64,000 nt of DNA from Octopus bimaculoides. Lineage: Eukaryota. The position numbers were made by a program, and so were the translations under genes. Within the stretch, counting starts at the first letter, position 1, and every line of letters begins with the position of its first letter. Below the pieces are notes generated by a model. It was not told the origin of the DNA, did not search any database, and saw only the letters and a list, made by a program, of their open reading frames with translations. Positions 39,894 through 53,189 of this stretch are shown piece after piece. Location: assembly GCF_001194135.2 (NCBI RefSeq), contig NC_068984.1, positions 73,180,238-73,244,237 on the forward strand, in the 5' to 3' direction.

Positions 39894-40088
39894 GACTACA
39901 ACAACAACATCGAAAAATACCTTAGGAATGAGAACCCAGGTTCAAAATTTCTCCAAGACACCTGATGAAGGCTGGGGGGTATATCAGCCGAAACGTTGTG
40001 TTAACAACAAACAAGATGAGGACAAAATCCGTCAATTTTAAATAAGGTAAATAAAGTACATAATTCCTCATCTCTTAAATATAGAACG
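39738..40088 (+). mobile_element. SINE-like element: tRNA-like head + (AAT)n + hammerhead-bearing 3' module
   Basis: A-box-like TGGCGTTGTGG 39745-39755, B-box-like TTCGATTCC 39791-39799, (AAT)n 39813-39891, then a ~190-bp module shared with 4243-4445. Confidence 0.8.
39957..40002 (+). ncRNA. Minimal type-I hammerhead ribozyme motif, family A (intact)
   Basis: Stem I GACAC/GTGTT; core CTGATGA 39962-39968 plus one extra A; stem II GGCTG/CAGCC (perfect) with 10-nt loop; GAAA 39990-39993; loopless palindromic stem III AACGTT; GUU triplet with predicted cleavage after 39997. Confidence 0.82.
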
Positions 40089-40637
40089 GTGACTTTGGTC
40101 ATGTAGTTTATATTCTCTGTTGAGCTAAATCATAAACCTCATTTGGAGGAATCTTTCCTTTTATTTAAGAAAGATAATACTCGCAGTTGTAATATCTCTA
40201 ACCCACACCTTGGCATGTGACTCAAGCAAAATATAAGAAACTCTAGTAGGCAACATTGGATTAATTCGTTCATATGTGGCTGTTTTTTGTTCTTGAGCAC
40301 TTTTGGGGGTTTGTAAAGAAAGGAATAATTTTGAGTCAAGTTGTCTTTGTATCATTATATGAAAGTTTCCAATCCCAACTAAATATTTGTCACTTAATAA
40401 AGAGAATTACTTCGTAACATGTCAAAATATCGGACTTGATTTCATTTTCCTTGTGGTATTTGCTTGCTATACTTTCCAAATTGAACACGTTTAACATCAT
40501 CATATGGTCTTTGAATACTTTTAGCGAAATCCACTCTGCTGCACGCCGTTGTCTCAATTCTTCAGCTATATTACTACTCGAATTTTTTTCTTCTTCTTTC
40601 TTGCCGTCTTTCAGACAAGTTATCAGCTGCATTTATA

Positions 40638-40852
40638 GGAGGTACTGAAAAGTTCCTGGCTTTAAGAGTGTCGTTAAAGGCCTGGTTGGCGGCCCAATAT
40701 TCCGAGCTTTTTTAAAGGGTTTAGAAAAACTGAAGGACTGCTGCAATATGTGTGTGAATTTGAGAGAGGAAAATGTTGAATAAAATCATGATTAACTGAC
40801 CCTGTTGTGTATTTTCTGTTACCCAAAGCCAGGAACTTCCAGTACGACCTTG
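40638..40852. mobile_element. Mariner-family MITE (~215 bp)
   Basis: TIRs ggaggtactgaaaagttcctggcttt / aaagccaggaacttccagtacgaccttg, with TA on both sides. Confidence 0.8.
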
Positions 40853-41270
40853 TATATCAGCTGCTCCGAACGGACTGAAATAAACTTGCACACTACTACT
40901 ACTCCGTCGACTATATTATAATACAAACTTCTATCAGCATTGTGATTTCAAAGTTATGTATATATATATTACTTATCATTTCCATTGTGTTTGCTTATTG
41001 GCTTTAGAAAATTGTTTCTATATATAAGAATAACGTGGTCACTTGACTTATTCGAAACAGTAACCATTTTGTTCAAAAATAACAGGGTGATGTGTTTAAA
41101 TAAAAGCAAGGGCGCGTTGGAAAATATATTCCACAACACTATATTCTTTAAAAAACAAAGCATGATGGGAGCTGAAATGCTCTTAAACAAATGTTCTGTG
41201 GTAGCAAAATCTATTTTTGGAAGAGAAAGTTCCTCTCTCTCTCTTTCTCTCTCTCCCTCTTTACCTCTCT

Positions 41271-41305
<35 letters not shown>

Positions 41306-42168
41306 TCCCGGATTGCATTACTTAATGTATTGCTGACTTTATTGATCGAGAGTGGTGTGCATTTTGAGGATTTTAGCTGCTATTTCTGGCGGGTTGAGCG
41401 ACAACGTTCATACTTTAACATTAGTTTGACTTAAGCTATATATTCTTTATCTTTGTATTCTGCAATTTTTTACTGAACATGACACATTATATTTTTTTAA
41501 CAATCGAATTCTAACAATTGACTATGCAACGCATGACCTCTAGAGATCATGTGAATAGAGACGAGGAAGCAAAAATCATAAAATAGTGGGTTTTCAAAAA
41601 TAGTTTACGATGAAAGAAATAACACTATTGTTTTTTCATCACTTACTTTATTATTTTTTTGTGTGTTTGTGTAAGTTTATATCGTAATAAAACACATTTT
41701 AAAACGGGGAAAGAGAGAAAGAGAGATTAGTTCTTGCTTGTATCGACAGGAAATGTGTAACGGAATAAAATAACCTACTACAATTCATTTCTTTTTGCTT
41801 GTTTTTGTCTCAAAAGGTAAGTTTTGCTCCACATGGAGTCTAAACTTAGGCGAATTTTACTATAGATAAAAATAAAACATTGTAAGTATCTTATATTGCG
41901 GGAAAAAAATGTATATTTTATTACTGAGTGTAGTGACGTTTTTTTTTTCTTTTTTTCTGTGTGTGTGTGCGTATGATATTTATTTTTAGAAAAATGATGA
42001 ATTTTCTTTGACCTAATCAAACGAATATGTCAGTACCAAAGCGGAACTGAACATATAATAAAACAATAGAAAGATTAAAAAAAAAAATAGATAACAAAAA
42101 ATATCAGAAATCGGAAGATCGTTGGAACTCGTTGTCAGGATTAATTGTAACTAAAATATATGACTCAG

Positions 42169-42196
42169 TGCAAACAGCATTGAAGAAACAGATGAA
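42169..42196 (+). CDS. Candidate exon 3 (28-bp micro-exon)
   Basis: Acceptor tatatgactcag and donor GAA|gtatgt. Frame ANSIEETDE, phase 2 to 0. Confidence 0.25.
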
Positions 42197-42740
42197 GTAT
42201 GTGTGTGAATTATATCTGCACAATCTCTACAAGTGTTGCTCACAAAGCGAGTAACAGTTCACTTGAGCGATTGAATGATAGCTTCATAGTCAATGTCAAT
42301 GTGAATATATCAGTCTCGAAACTAAATCTAAGATGGTTTTTTTTCGCCTGCTTCGAATTACTCATGATCAAGGAACCATATAATCAAAAGGTTCCAACTA
42401 TAACTAACCCATCTTTTTATGTATCCAATACTACGTTATTCGATGTGTCTTCTTTCTGCCTTTTATTGACAGTACTGTTTTAGTTGACATCAGTTTCGCT
42501 TCTCTTTCTAGTAGGTCAACCATTCATTGGTTTGCTACATCGTTTCGATAAATGATGCACTTACTTTCTATTGATACACAAAAGGCTGTTAAAAATATAA
42601 AGAATTTACTCACTTGCCTTTAATCTATGTTATTTCTGTCGTTGACGTTGTACATTTATTGAATGCTTGAAATCAAACATTCATTGCTGGTTTAAAATTC
42701 AGCATCTTTAGCTAATATATAATATGAACTATTGACTTAG

Positions 42741-42825
42741 CAGCAACTCAAAGAAAGCCACATTTATACTAATGAATCGGTTAAATACCCAGTCTCCAGT
42801 GAAACTGTTGCTACTTTGCAGCCTG
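42741..42825 (+). CDS. Candidate exon 4 (85 bp)
   Basis: Acceptor attgacttag and consensus donor CTG|gtaagt. Frame QQLKESHIYTNESVKYPVSSETVATLQP, phase 0 to 1. Confidence 0.3.
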
Positions 42826-43183
42826 GTAAGTCAATATGTCTTTCATTTACTTTTGTTCTAAAATACACTGCAATTGAAGTAACTGCAAAGTAATCCGCAT
42901 ATGTTAGCATTAGTAACACTTTGTGGTGGTGGGGGGGGACGATATAATCAACTCTAGTTATTTATCAAGCCAGAAAGAATGAAAACAAAATATTTTCGAA
43001 AAATCATCTGCTACGATCTACTCATCTAAATCTAACGAGTCAAGTCCTGGAGTTGATGTAATCTAGTATCCCAATTCCCATACTTTCATGCCTAGTGCAT
43101 ATAGTAGAATTGTTAACTCAGCTCACATACATAAATACATACATACATACACACACACATACATACATACATACATACATACA

Positions 43184-43215
<32 letters not shown>

Positions 43216-44659
43216 CGCAGGCATACATGTATACAATTTTGTACATTCCACAGTAAAATAAACAGACTACTTCGTTCTCCGACGTGAAAATAAGGATATA
43301 AAACAGCGTATTGAGATTCCATACCGACGTAGTCGCGCAGTGGCAGAATTATTTGATAGATTGCTAAGGTCTTTCATTTCCTTTTTAAAATTACCGAAAA
43401 ATATCTACGGATACTGACGGTAATTCATGCCTATTAAAACAAAAATGAACGTAAAGTAACTCACACTTCCTCAAACACACTCTGCCACACTCACATATGT
43501 ATATATAAGAATCCCCTACCTATTTCATCTCTCAGTATCAATCCAATGGAGGGTTTCTATGTGGTCGCTCACATGTCATACAAAGCAGTCATATCTTTAA
43601 GTCACGGAGCAAAGAATATTTTAGTTAATTTAACTCCAGAATCTCTCAATAAACCAGGTGAACATGGCCAATCCTTGATCTACTCGATTAGAGCTAACCT
43701 ATGGCTTTGAAACAACAATCCATTGATGTAGTTCGCACGTATTGGCTCTATGTAGGTAAAACAGCATCAATTATACCTCAAATTAAGCATTTCAGTCTTA
43801 AAAATTGAGAATTATATTATATAATGTAGTCCGAAAACATTAACAGGTACTCAAACCCAATCTTTTTGAGATTGTTTAAAGCTTTTGCTATATAAACTAT
43901 TCTTTAAATACATAATCTTAATAACAGTTTTAATCGAAAGACTATAAGTATCTGAGCCAGTATTTTCACATTTAAAATTATCGGTTGCTGTTTCTAGAGT
44001 GTATTAACTTCTTAACGATAAAGCTAATAGACAACAATTTTCAAGTTAGAACAGTTGATTAATATATGACAAGTAAAATATATCTAAAAGATATTCTCTA
44101 CTAAGCCTGATCCTTCAGAGCAACTTATTTGGAATCTGCACCGTCATAAGAATCAAAGGCTTGGGGAATTTTTTTTCGAAATAAATTGCGTATTTTGTGG
44201 TTCTATATAAACTTCAAACGCTCCTAAGGTTTTCAAAATCAGCGTGGCATATTCACAGATACTGATAGCAATGTAAGCTTATAAATATAGACGCATGCAC
44301 ATATTGTCAGACATACAAATAAATATTTATAAGTTTCTTTTCAATATCTCACCATCTAGTCAATGAAAGAACCCTAATATGGAAACTCAATGTATTTGTA
44401 AAACATTTTGTTAAACAATCCCATCCTTATTCCACTCACAAAACCGGACGGACACTGCTAAACTTTTGAGTTTAATGTCTTATATGTTTACGTTTGTTTT
44501 TTTGTTTCTTCTGTGGGGTGGTGGTAGAGGGCCTTGTGAATCCAAAGGAGGAATCCTTACTACAACTACCATTTAGGTGGATTTGGGGCTCAAAGCACAC
44601 AGAATAGACATAAACACAATGACGTATCCAGACCGAAGCTCTAAAATTTCCCATAAATC

Positions 44660-44790
44660 ACTGCTGTGGACTGGTACAGTATTTATCGACTCTAAATGGT
44701 TAAAATCAAAGCTGCACTCGACTAGATTTGAATTAACACTGACAAGAGCCGGGAAAAATATCGTCGCCCTTACTGTCTCTCGCACCCCTA
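44660..44790 (-). mobile_element. Degenerate SINE
   Basis: gactggtacagtatttatcgactctaaatggttaaaatcaaagctgcactcgactagatttgaatt is a decayed reverse complement of the SINE core. Confidence 0.45.
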
Positions 44791-45272
44791 AATTACACTT
44801 TAAACATATCGTCCAATCATCTTTGATTTTGCAGAGCTACATACTTAAGGACGTCTCCCCCGTCCTATATTTTCCTTATACGTTTCAAACTAAAAATGTT
44901 CACACTGAAAATCAGCTACACAAATCTTATTAATTGTTATCACAAAATCTTACGAGATAAAGACCGCATACAAGTCACGATCGAGCACTTCCTCATCACT
45001 GGCTAATTATTGAAAAGAAACAAACAATTATTTTAATGATAAGAATACTAACGGTCGATCCAACGAAGGGAGCTTTTACCCAATCACTTCATCTGCAAGA
45101 CAGGAGGACAAGTTATACTAAGACATTGACGTAACATTTTAGAAAGTATTCGCTGGATAATATATAGCTCTAAATGCACTGTGAGTGTGAGCAGAGTGTA
45201 ATATTGATGAAAGGAATGAATTTGATTATTGGACTGCTCGATCAGAACCTACCTGGTCCTAAGCTGCTGTTG

Positions 45273-45345
<73 letters not shown>

Positions 45346-45885
45346 AGTTCGGAAATGGCTGAACAACAATGAGCCACTTGTGAAGTATCTGATATACATC
45401 GAACCCTGGCAATGTATTGGTTTGCAGTACCCAAATCCAATTTTTTTTTTTTTCAGAACAGAAAGCTATATAAATTTCACTTTATTGTTTAGGTCATGCA
45501 TGTATAAATTATAATGCAGTATGCACTACGTAGACTTAGGAAACTTCTGTTCTGAACAAAAGGGCGGTTAGGTTAAGAAATTTTATGTAGGTGATAGGGG
45601 CATGGTTTGAACTTAATTTGAGCAAGATATTATATTTCACCGCAAATTATTTACTGCGTCACGTAGTCCAAGAAACATCCAACAACGTTGAACCACGATG
45701 ATTTATTGGCAATCCTACCTGATTATATTGTAATATAACACGCTTATATATATACATAAGTGTACACACACACATAAACACACATTTATGTACATACATA
45801 TATACATATATATGTATGCATATATGTATATATATATATATGTATATATGTATGCATATATATATATACATATATACATACATAT

Positions 45886-45945
<60 letters not shown>

Positions 45946-47111
45946 CGGATTTTTTATGACAATGTTTTGCCAGAGACTAGAAGAATATTTTCGTTTCATT
46001 TAATTTCCTTTTCGAAATAATCCTATCCAATATTGACTGACATCCTTCCGGATGTATATAATGAGAGCTGGTCGTGCAGAAAGATTGATCCAATAATTTA
46101 TACTGCTTTTTAACAAACGTGCCTATGTAAAAAAATTGAATTTCGAAAAGGCCAGAAAGAATGATTATTGGCGAAGTCGGTAGGCATAAAAAAATATCTC
46201 CAATTCGAACTACTGCACTACCCTAAGTTTTGAGTTCGAATCGAATTTATATTTGACCTTCCTCTAACCGAGGAATTTACAGTGAAAAAGTGAAGATGAT
46301 AGATAATCGACTAAACACATGATGACTTCTTTCTATACTAGAAACACGCTATGTAGTTACGTTCTTTTACTTTATAGGTTCAAATAACGCTGAAATAGTC
46401 TTTACTCTTGATTCTTACGAGGGCTCAATGAAATCATCTGCACACTTCTCTAACAATTGTGTGGCCTTGCGCCACTATTACAAATCAATATTTGTGTGGT
46501 CCATCTTGGTAGTGCAGCCAAGTAGAAAACGCGCGCGTGCGTGCACGCACATACACACACAAATAAAAAAAAGAAGCAATACTAATAATAACAGAATGGA
46601 ATGCCTAAAAATAATGTTAAATTTCCGTCGACTAATTTGAATCACCTAAAGGCTATAGCCTGATATTTATATCATTACGAAAATATATTTACTCCGTTCT
46701 TCGCTTGTATTGATTTTTAATAGTTCGTTAAACAGTTTATGAAAGATGAAAAGCAAATGTAATTGGATAAACAAAGAAATTGCTAGACAAAACAAAAATA
46801 TAATAAATAAGGGAACAACTAAAACAAAACATCAAGAAATAATTTAAGATGTTTAAGTAATGAGAGAATTTGCAAACCAAGCAGTAGCCGAAAGAAAATC
46901 AACGTTCATTACACACAACTGATGTAATAGAAAAAGAAAAAAGAGTAAAAATAAAATATAGGCTATTTATTAAGTTTTGCTGAAATATTTTTGGATACCA
47001 TAACACAAGCTTATACACACACATGTGTCATGTACATATATACATGTATATATGTCTGTATGTAAGTATGTATGTATGTTTGTATGTATGTGTATGTGTA
47101 TGTGTATGTGT

Positions 47112-47272
47112 TGTGTCGAAGCCCCCAGGCGGAGAAGTAGGATCTCTCAAGACATGTAAATAGAGATAGTCTGGCCGTGGTAGAGTGTTGAGTAGCAGTC
47201 GAGTAGCAGTTGTGTAGCGGTTGAGTAGAGATCATCCGAAGGTGATAGATAGCAGTAGCTTGAGACATAACA
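47112..47272 (-). mobile_element. Partial copy of LTR-like repeat (paired with 55150-55400)
   Basis: Reverse complement of 55229-55400 (tgttatgtctcaagctactgctatc...ctacttct.cgcctg.gggc.t.gacaca). Confidence 0.75.
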
Positions 47273-48309
47273 GCATGTATGCAGCTATATATATATATAT
47301 ATATATATCGTCAGTAGTTCATATGTCCGAAAAGGAAGCACACTCTAAAGCATTAAATCAGTAACATATTTTTTCGGAAGTTAATAGTCATAGAATGATC
47401 ATTGGTTTGGTACCTATAAAGCGCTTAGCAGTATAGGCGACTCGTCAGATTCAAATGGCTGAAGGCATATAACTTGTCTAGAACTGGAGAAAGAAATACG
47501 TAACGGTCAGTTGGCTTTGGTAAACAAAAAATGATTGTCTGTGATGCGGGACGTGGTTAGCAGGACATTAAAAGATACTTACAGAATTCTTTGTCAACAT
47601 CGACAGTAAAATACATCAAAGTGCTTCTGCAACATTCAGCACAGTTGTAGACAAGATATATAATGAGACAGCACCCGGAAATCTGATGGTGGAGACTGAT
47701 TCAAGAGGATGATCGTCTACAGAAACCCATTAATATGTATATTCAAAAGACCAATAGAAGGCCAAACTGACATACCAAATAGGCTTATTATAAAACACTT
47801 AATTGTCAATTAATTAAAGACCCTTTGCTTACCTAAATATAACGTACACGTTTTATACAGACTGTCTCAATCAGTTCCTCGCGAATCATTTTGAGCCGAA
47901 CGAGCAGTGACTGCTAAGCAGACAGGTGAAAAGAAGAGAGCCTGAGGATACGTCGAACAATTTTTTTTTTATAAACGGTGCAGCAATTTATCAAAACAGT
48001 TCTGTTATCCATACAAAGAGAACGTTGAAGAAATGTTGTGATAGTCTGGCTTCATTATAAGAAAGAATTCAACTATATTCCTCACTCTTAGTTGAAGATT
48101 TTGTACTTGGCAGTACCTGCTAACCTAGTTGCCGCTATTGAGAGGCACACGAAAGCCTGAGCAAACATCCTCACAATTACAACAAGGAACGGAACGATCT
48201 TCTCGGATGTTATAATTATTTCAAAGGGAATATTCGAAAGAAACACTTATTCTGTAATTTTGTTTATTTTGACATTAAATCCAGTATCATTTCTTTCGCA
48301 AAATTCTAA

Positions 48310-48830
48310 TGGCTACATTCTGTGTTTCACAACTGCCAGAGATACCAGTGTTACCCACAATTTCTTTATGGTTTACCTGAAGATGAATGCTAAAAATGTT
48401 TACAATACCCAAAACTAGCTGGACTGAATAGTTATATTTTCAGTAGACATGAGGATACGATTTGAGCAAAAGAACTAATTGTATATGACTGTTGAAAGTG
48501 GGAAACTAATCCCTCAAATCTAAAACCTATGCTTCAACAGTCTCTCTATCTCTTCTAGTCTACACAAATAACTCCACACAAGGAATACAAAAGCTTTAAT
48601 GTGAACATATCATAAGCAGAAGTTGTGATCATAGAAAGAGTAATCCGAGAATATTATAGCAGATTTAGAAAAATACAGCAGTCGGGTCTCCCTTCTTACA
48701 AGACATTATGGCACAGTATATTTTCAGTATCATTGCTGATATCAGCATTTGGGATACTTGGGATACGCTCTATACGCATTAAAGCCGCCAAGATCCTGAG
48801 ATTATCTCAAAACTTCTAGTAGACTGTGCC
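48310..48830 (+). mobile_element. Degenerate RT fragment of the second REL-LINE family
   Basis: RDTSVTHNFFMVYLKMNAKN (cf. THxFFVDDLKLYAKN, decayed catalytic motif) and IREYYSRFRKIQQSGL...FGILG. Confidence 0.65.
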
Positions 48831-50027
48831 GAGAGCAAATTTGGCTGGTTTGTTTTTTTAGGGTAAGCAGAAGCATAAAGCTCTCTCAATGGAAATGTTA
48901 TTAGTTATCCGTTCATTATTTTTGTGCGTGTGTTATCATTCACAACTTTATAATCTCAGAATAAACATAGCACAAACTATTTTCATAAAGAAATCATTTA
49001 AATAGCTTATAATCCTAATTTTTAAGTAACATTTAATTTCATCAGTAGTCGTGTTTTACGAAAGATTTTTTGTAATGTTTGCCGAAGCTGCCATAGTGAC
49101 GTCCGCGTGGTTAAGAAGGTTGTTACACAATGACATACTTTCAGGTTCCATCTCAAAGCGCAATACTCGGGGATTCTACCGCAGCCTCGGGTCGAACAAA
49201 GCTTGTGGTGGAAATTAGATAGACGGAAGTTGTGCACAAACCCGTCGAAAGCAACGTTCTTATTCCTTGACTATCCTTAGCTTTTGAAAAGATGAGTACC
49301 ATGTTTCTGGTCTGAAGGTAGCGTTTATTCCACTGTCATTTAATTTCTAATCAAGCCACTTAAAATGCTTGTGACGCTGACATGCCATTTACATGCTATA
49401 TTCAATAAGGATTTACTTATGATCTTACTGTTTATATCCCTTATAGTTGGTGTTTTCATATTGAAGAACTATTTGTTTATTTCTTCATTAATCCTTCGGA
49501 AACTAAACTCTGTTTATTCAAAACAAATTTCTATTATTACCAGGTTGGACTTCAAGTTTCAGATATAATACTTTCAGGATTCTACGCATATATTTTCTTT
49601 TTCCTTCCAATTAAACAACATGCTACTCTAAAGTTTCGATTTTTAATTGTAAGAATCACATTGAAAATCGTATTAAATTTTCACCACAAAAATATAGTCG
49701 ACCCATTGGCAATGATCATATATACATACGTACATGCAAACATATGCATAGATAAATAGACAGCTAGATATGTATGCATATATGCACATATAAACATGTG
49801 TGTGTAAGTGTAATTTACAAACTAAGTTTACATTTTGTTTCTTACACAATCAGCCACTTTTGAAGCGTCTTTTATAAATTTTACGCATTTCCTCGCAATT
49901 TTGCACGTTACTGCTTGAATCGGTCATTTTTGGAATATATTTTCGTCTTTTTTTTTTATAATGCATAAATGTTTTATGTATAAAAAAATCAATTTCTGTT
50001 TCAAAAAATGTCAATATTAAGTTTTCT

Positions 50028-50233
50028 CAAGATGGCGAGCTTGGCAGAATCGTTACCACTATGGGCAAAATGCTTAGAGCCATTTCGTCCGTCTTTTCAT
50101 TCTGATTTCAATTGCCACCACGGTCAACTTTGCCTTTAAGAGTCGATAAAATAAGTACCAGTTAAGCACTAGGGTCAATATAATCGACTTACCCCGTCCC
50201 CCGAATCGCTGGCCTTGTGCGAAAATTTGAAAC
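50028..50233 (+). mobile_element. Full-length tRNA-derived SINE with 16-bp TSD
   Basis: TSD caatattaagttttct at 50012-50027 and 50234-50249, with typical head, core and tail. Confidence 0.92.
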
Positions 50234-51760
50234 CAATATTAAGTTTTCTTACATCATCTTACAAATATATGTAGAATTGCGACAATTCAAAATATCAGTA
50301 CTTATTATCTTGTAATGTTTGATAATTGTCGGCAGTGAATGAGATGCAATTCCATCTAGCTGTAAGGATATTATCATTTATTTCCCTTTAATATTTGTCT
50401 AGATTACCTATAATTAAAAACATTCCAGCAACCGGGTTTTTTATGAATATCTAAGACCACATTAACTAACTTGTACATTTTTTAAGATGTTATGATATGA
50501 GGAACACTTTGCTGTTGCTTCTGTTATGTCAACGACGGATGTCAAAGGCTCTCTTACTAGCTTTTAATAAGTAAGGTTGAATTGAAAGGGGATTTCGATG
50601 TTGTTTATGTTTTGTCGAGTGATAGAGTAGAGAATGTCTCACTAGTTCAAGCCTCCTCGCTGGACTGATCTAATATGAGGTGGAAAATCTACATCTTGTT
50701 ACAGTAATGCTCCGTGAAATTTATGTGTTTCAAGCCAACGGCATAGCAGATTTCCACTGCGATGGTCATTCTATGCAGAGAGAGATCTAGTGATGCCTTT
50801 TTGATTTACCCAAGATGTTTATAAAAGGCATTTTCATTGACATTAGTGACTTAATTATTCTTCTGGATTCTGGATTACTACTAACAGTAACATCACTTCT
50901 TACAACACTAACTCCACGATAGTGAAGTTATGTTAAAAGAACCAACGGGCAGTTTCTATGTGGTTACGTGAATTGCAAGAAATAGCAGTAAAAACTCTTT
51001 CAAAACAGCCTAATGTCTTACATGAACAATGATACATTGAACATTGTAGTCAGAGCTGAATTGGGCTAAACACGTTGTTACAACACAGATACTTATAACG
51101 TATTAAGCCACAGAAGATATATGAATATCGTTTCATTTTGCTATATACTTAACATTCGACATAGAGAGTTTTAACTCAACAAATTTTAAAAAAGAAAAGA
51201 ATTGAATTAAAGATAATTTTAAACTAATAAATGTTAGCGTATAGAAATGCCTCCCAGCATGAAAACCTTAATGAAAATCTTAGCATCAAATCGAAAAATC
51301 AGAGAGAAATCTAGATTAGAATTAAAATAAAAAATAGACTCACACGAACGAATAAGCAAAAACAAAATTATAGAATAATTAATTGTATAAACTATTCCTG
51401 AAATATGTAGTTAATTTCATGCTAATCAAACAGGAAAATAAAATGATTTCAATTGAAAAGTAAATGATAAATTCGTCTTTTTAATACACAAAGATAAAGT
51501 ATTTTACAAACTATATAAATACAAACGAGAAATTATAAATGAAACGCCTCAGAGATATTTTGCTTGCAACGGATCATAATTTAACATATTTACTATAATT
51601 TGAGAAAATGCACACAAATAAACATACACACACACACATAAATAATTGAATTTTTCATCGAGTAATGTAATAAACTATATAACAGAAACATTATTTGCAT
51701 GAATAAAATAATGAGAACGTAATGATGATGACAATGATGATAGTACTACTACTAAATTGT

Positions 51761-51955
51761 AATCTTTTCTATTATAGGCACAAGGCCTGAAATTTTGGGA
51801 GGGCAGGTGGAAAATTGATTACATCATAGACTGGTATTTATTTCATCAACCCCGAAAGAATGAAAGGCAAAGATAACCACGGTGGAATGTGAACACAGAA
51901 CGAAAAGGCAGACGAAATTCCGTTAAGCAATTTTATCTGCATGCTAATGATTTTC
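51761..51955 (-). mobile_element. tRNA-derived SINE
   Basis: ataggcacaaggcctgaaatt tail and cccgaaagaatgaaaggcaaag core in reverse. Confidence 0.82.
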
Positions 51956-52174
51956 ATTATAGCAACTCATGGTCAAGCGCTGCAAAGGAACATCTTGAGA
52001 AAATGTGCATGGAGAAAATGTGACCGCAAAAGGAAGAGTGTCTAGTATTTGAAATGAAAAATGGCATGTATTGTTGAAGAATACCCCAAGTTGGTCCGGG
52101 TAGAATATGAAAATATAGAGAGCATTATCAAATAGTAAAAGTTTTACACTGGAAACTTTGTCGGAAATAGAGGT

Positions 52175-52207
<33 letters not shown>

Positions 52208-52947
52208 NNNNNNNNNNNNNNNNNNNNNNNNNNNNNNNNNNNNNNNNNNNNNNNNNNNNNNNAAAGGCAAAGCTGGGAGGTGTTTTTAGGACACTTCCTT
52301 ATAAATGTCCTGAAAACTCCTCACAGCCTTGGCTTTGTTATCTCTTTTGTCTAATATATATATATATATATATACATATATGTATATATGCATACGTATA
52401 CAATGGGCTTCTGCAGCGGCCTGAGGTTATAGTAGAAGACATCTGCTGAAAGTTCCTTGCCATGGGATTGAAACTGAAACCCCGTGATTGCAACATGACC
52501 TCTTCTCTTCTTTCATGAACAATTTGCCGTTCTTGCAACAATTGCTGCTGCTCCTGTTGTTGCTTTTGTTGGTGTTGGTTTTGGTGTTGTCACTATTCCA
52601 GTCGATTATCGCTGTCGATTTGGCGCAGTTATTTGGAATTTGAACTTTTAATGCTTGAAAATCGTTCTTCACCATTTCCGGGTGTTACATTATGAATTTA
52701 TCTTCAGCTTATAACGCTATGTTAAATTTTAAAATAATTTTCCAAAATTCAGCCCCAACGGTGGAGAAACGAAGAGGCCTGTAATAAACCTGTATGAGCT
52801 TGTTGCCTAAAAGAAATGTCATCTGAGAAAATTTCAACAATCAACAACTTTTGAACATACAAACGAACAAACTTACGTGTGACTCGAAGCTACTTATGGC
52901 TAACAGCAACATCACAGTCGATTCCTACAATCAATACTGCAACAACA

Positions 52948-53165
52948 ATTATTATTTCAACGATAAGCACAAGGCCTGAAATTTTAGGGAAATGCATTAT
53001 TCGATTATATCAACCCCAATGGTCAGTTTGTACGCAGTGTTTCGACTGTAAGGAGGAAAGGCAAAGTTTCAACCTCAGCAACATTTCAACGCAGAAAGTA
53101 ATACCGGATGAAATGCTATGAAGCATTTTGTCTGGCGTTGTTAACGATTCTGCCTGCTCACCACA
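52948..53165 (-). mobile_element. tRNA-derived SINE
   Basis: Same family, reverse orientation, near full length. Confidence 0.8.
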
Positions 53166-53189
53166 TTACTTCAGAACTTTAGTAATTAA

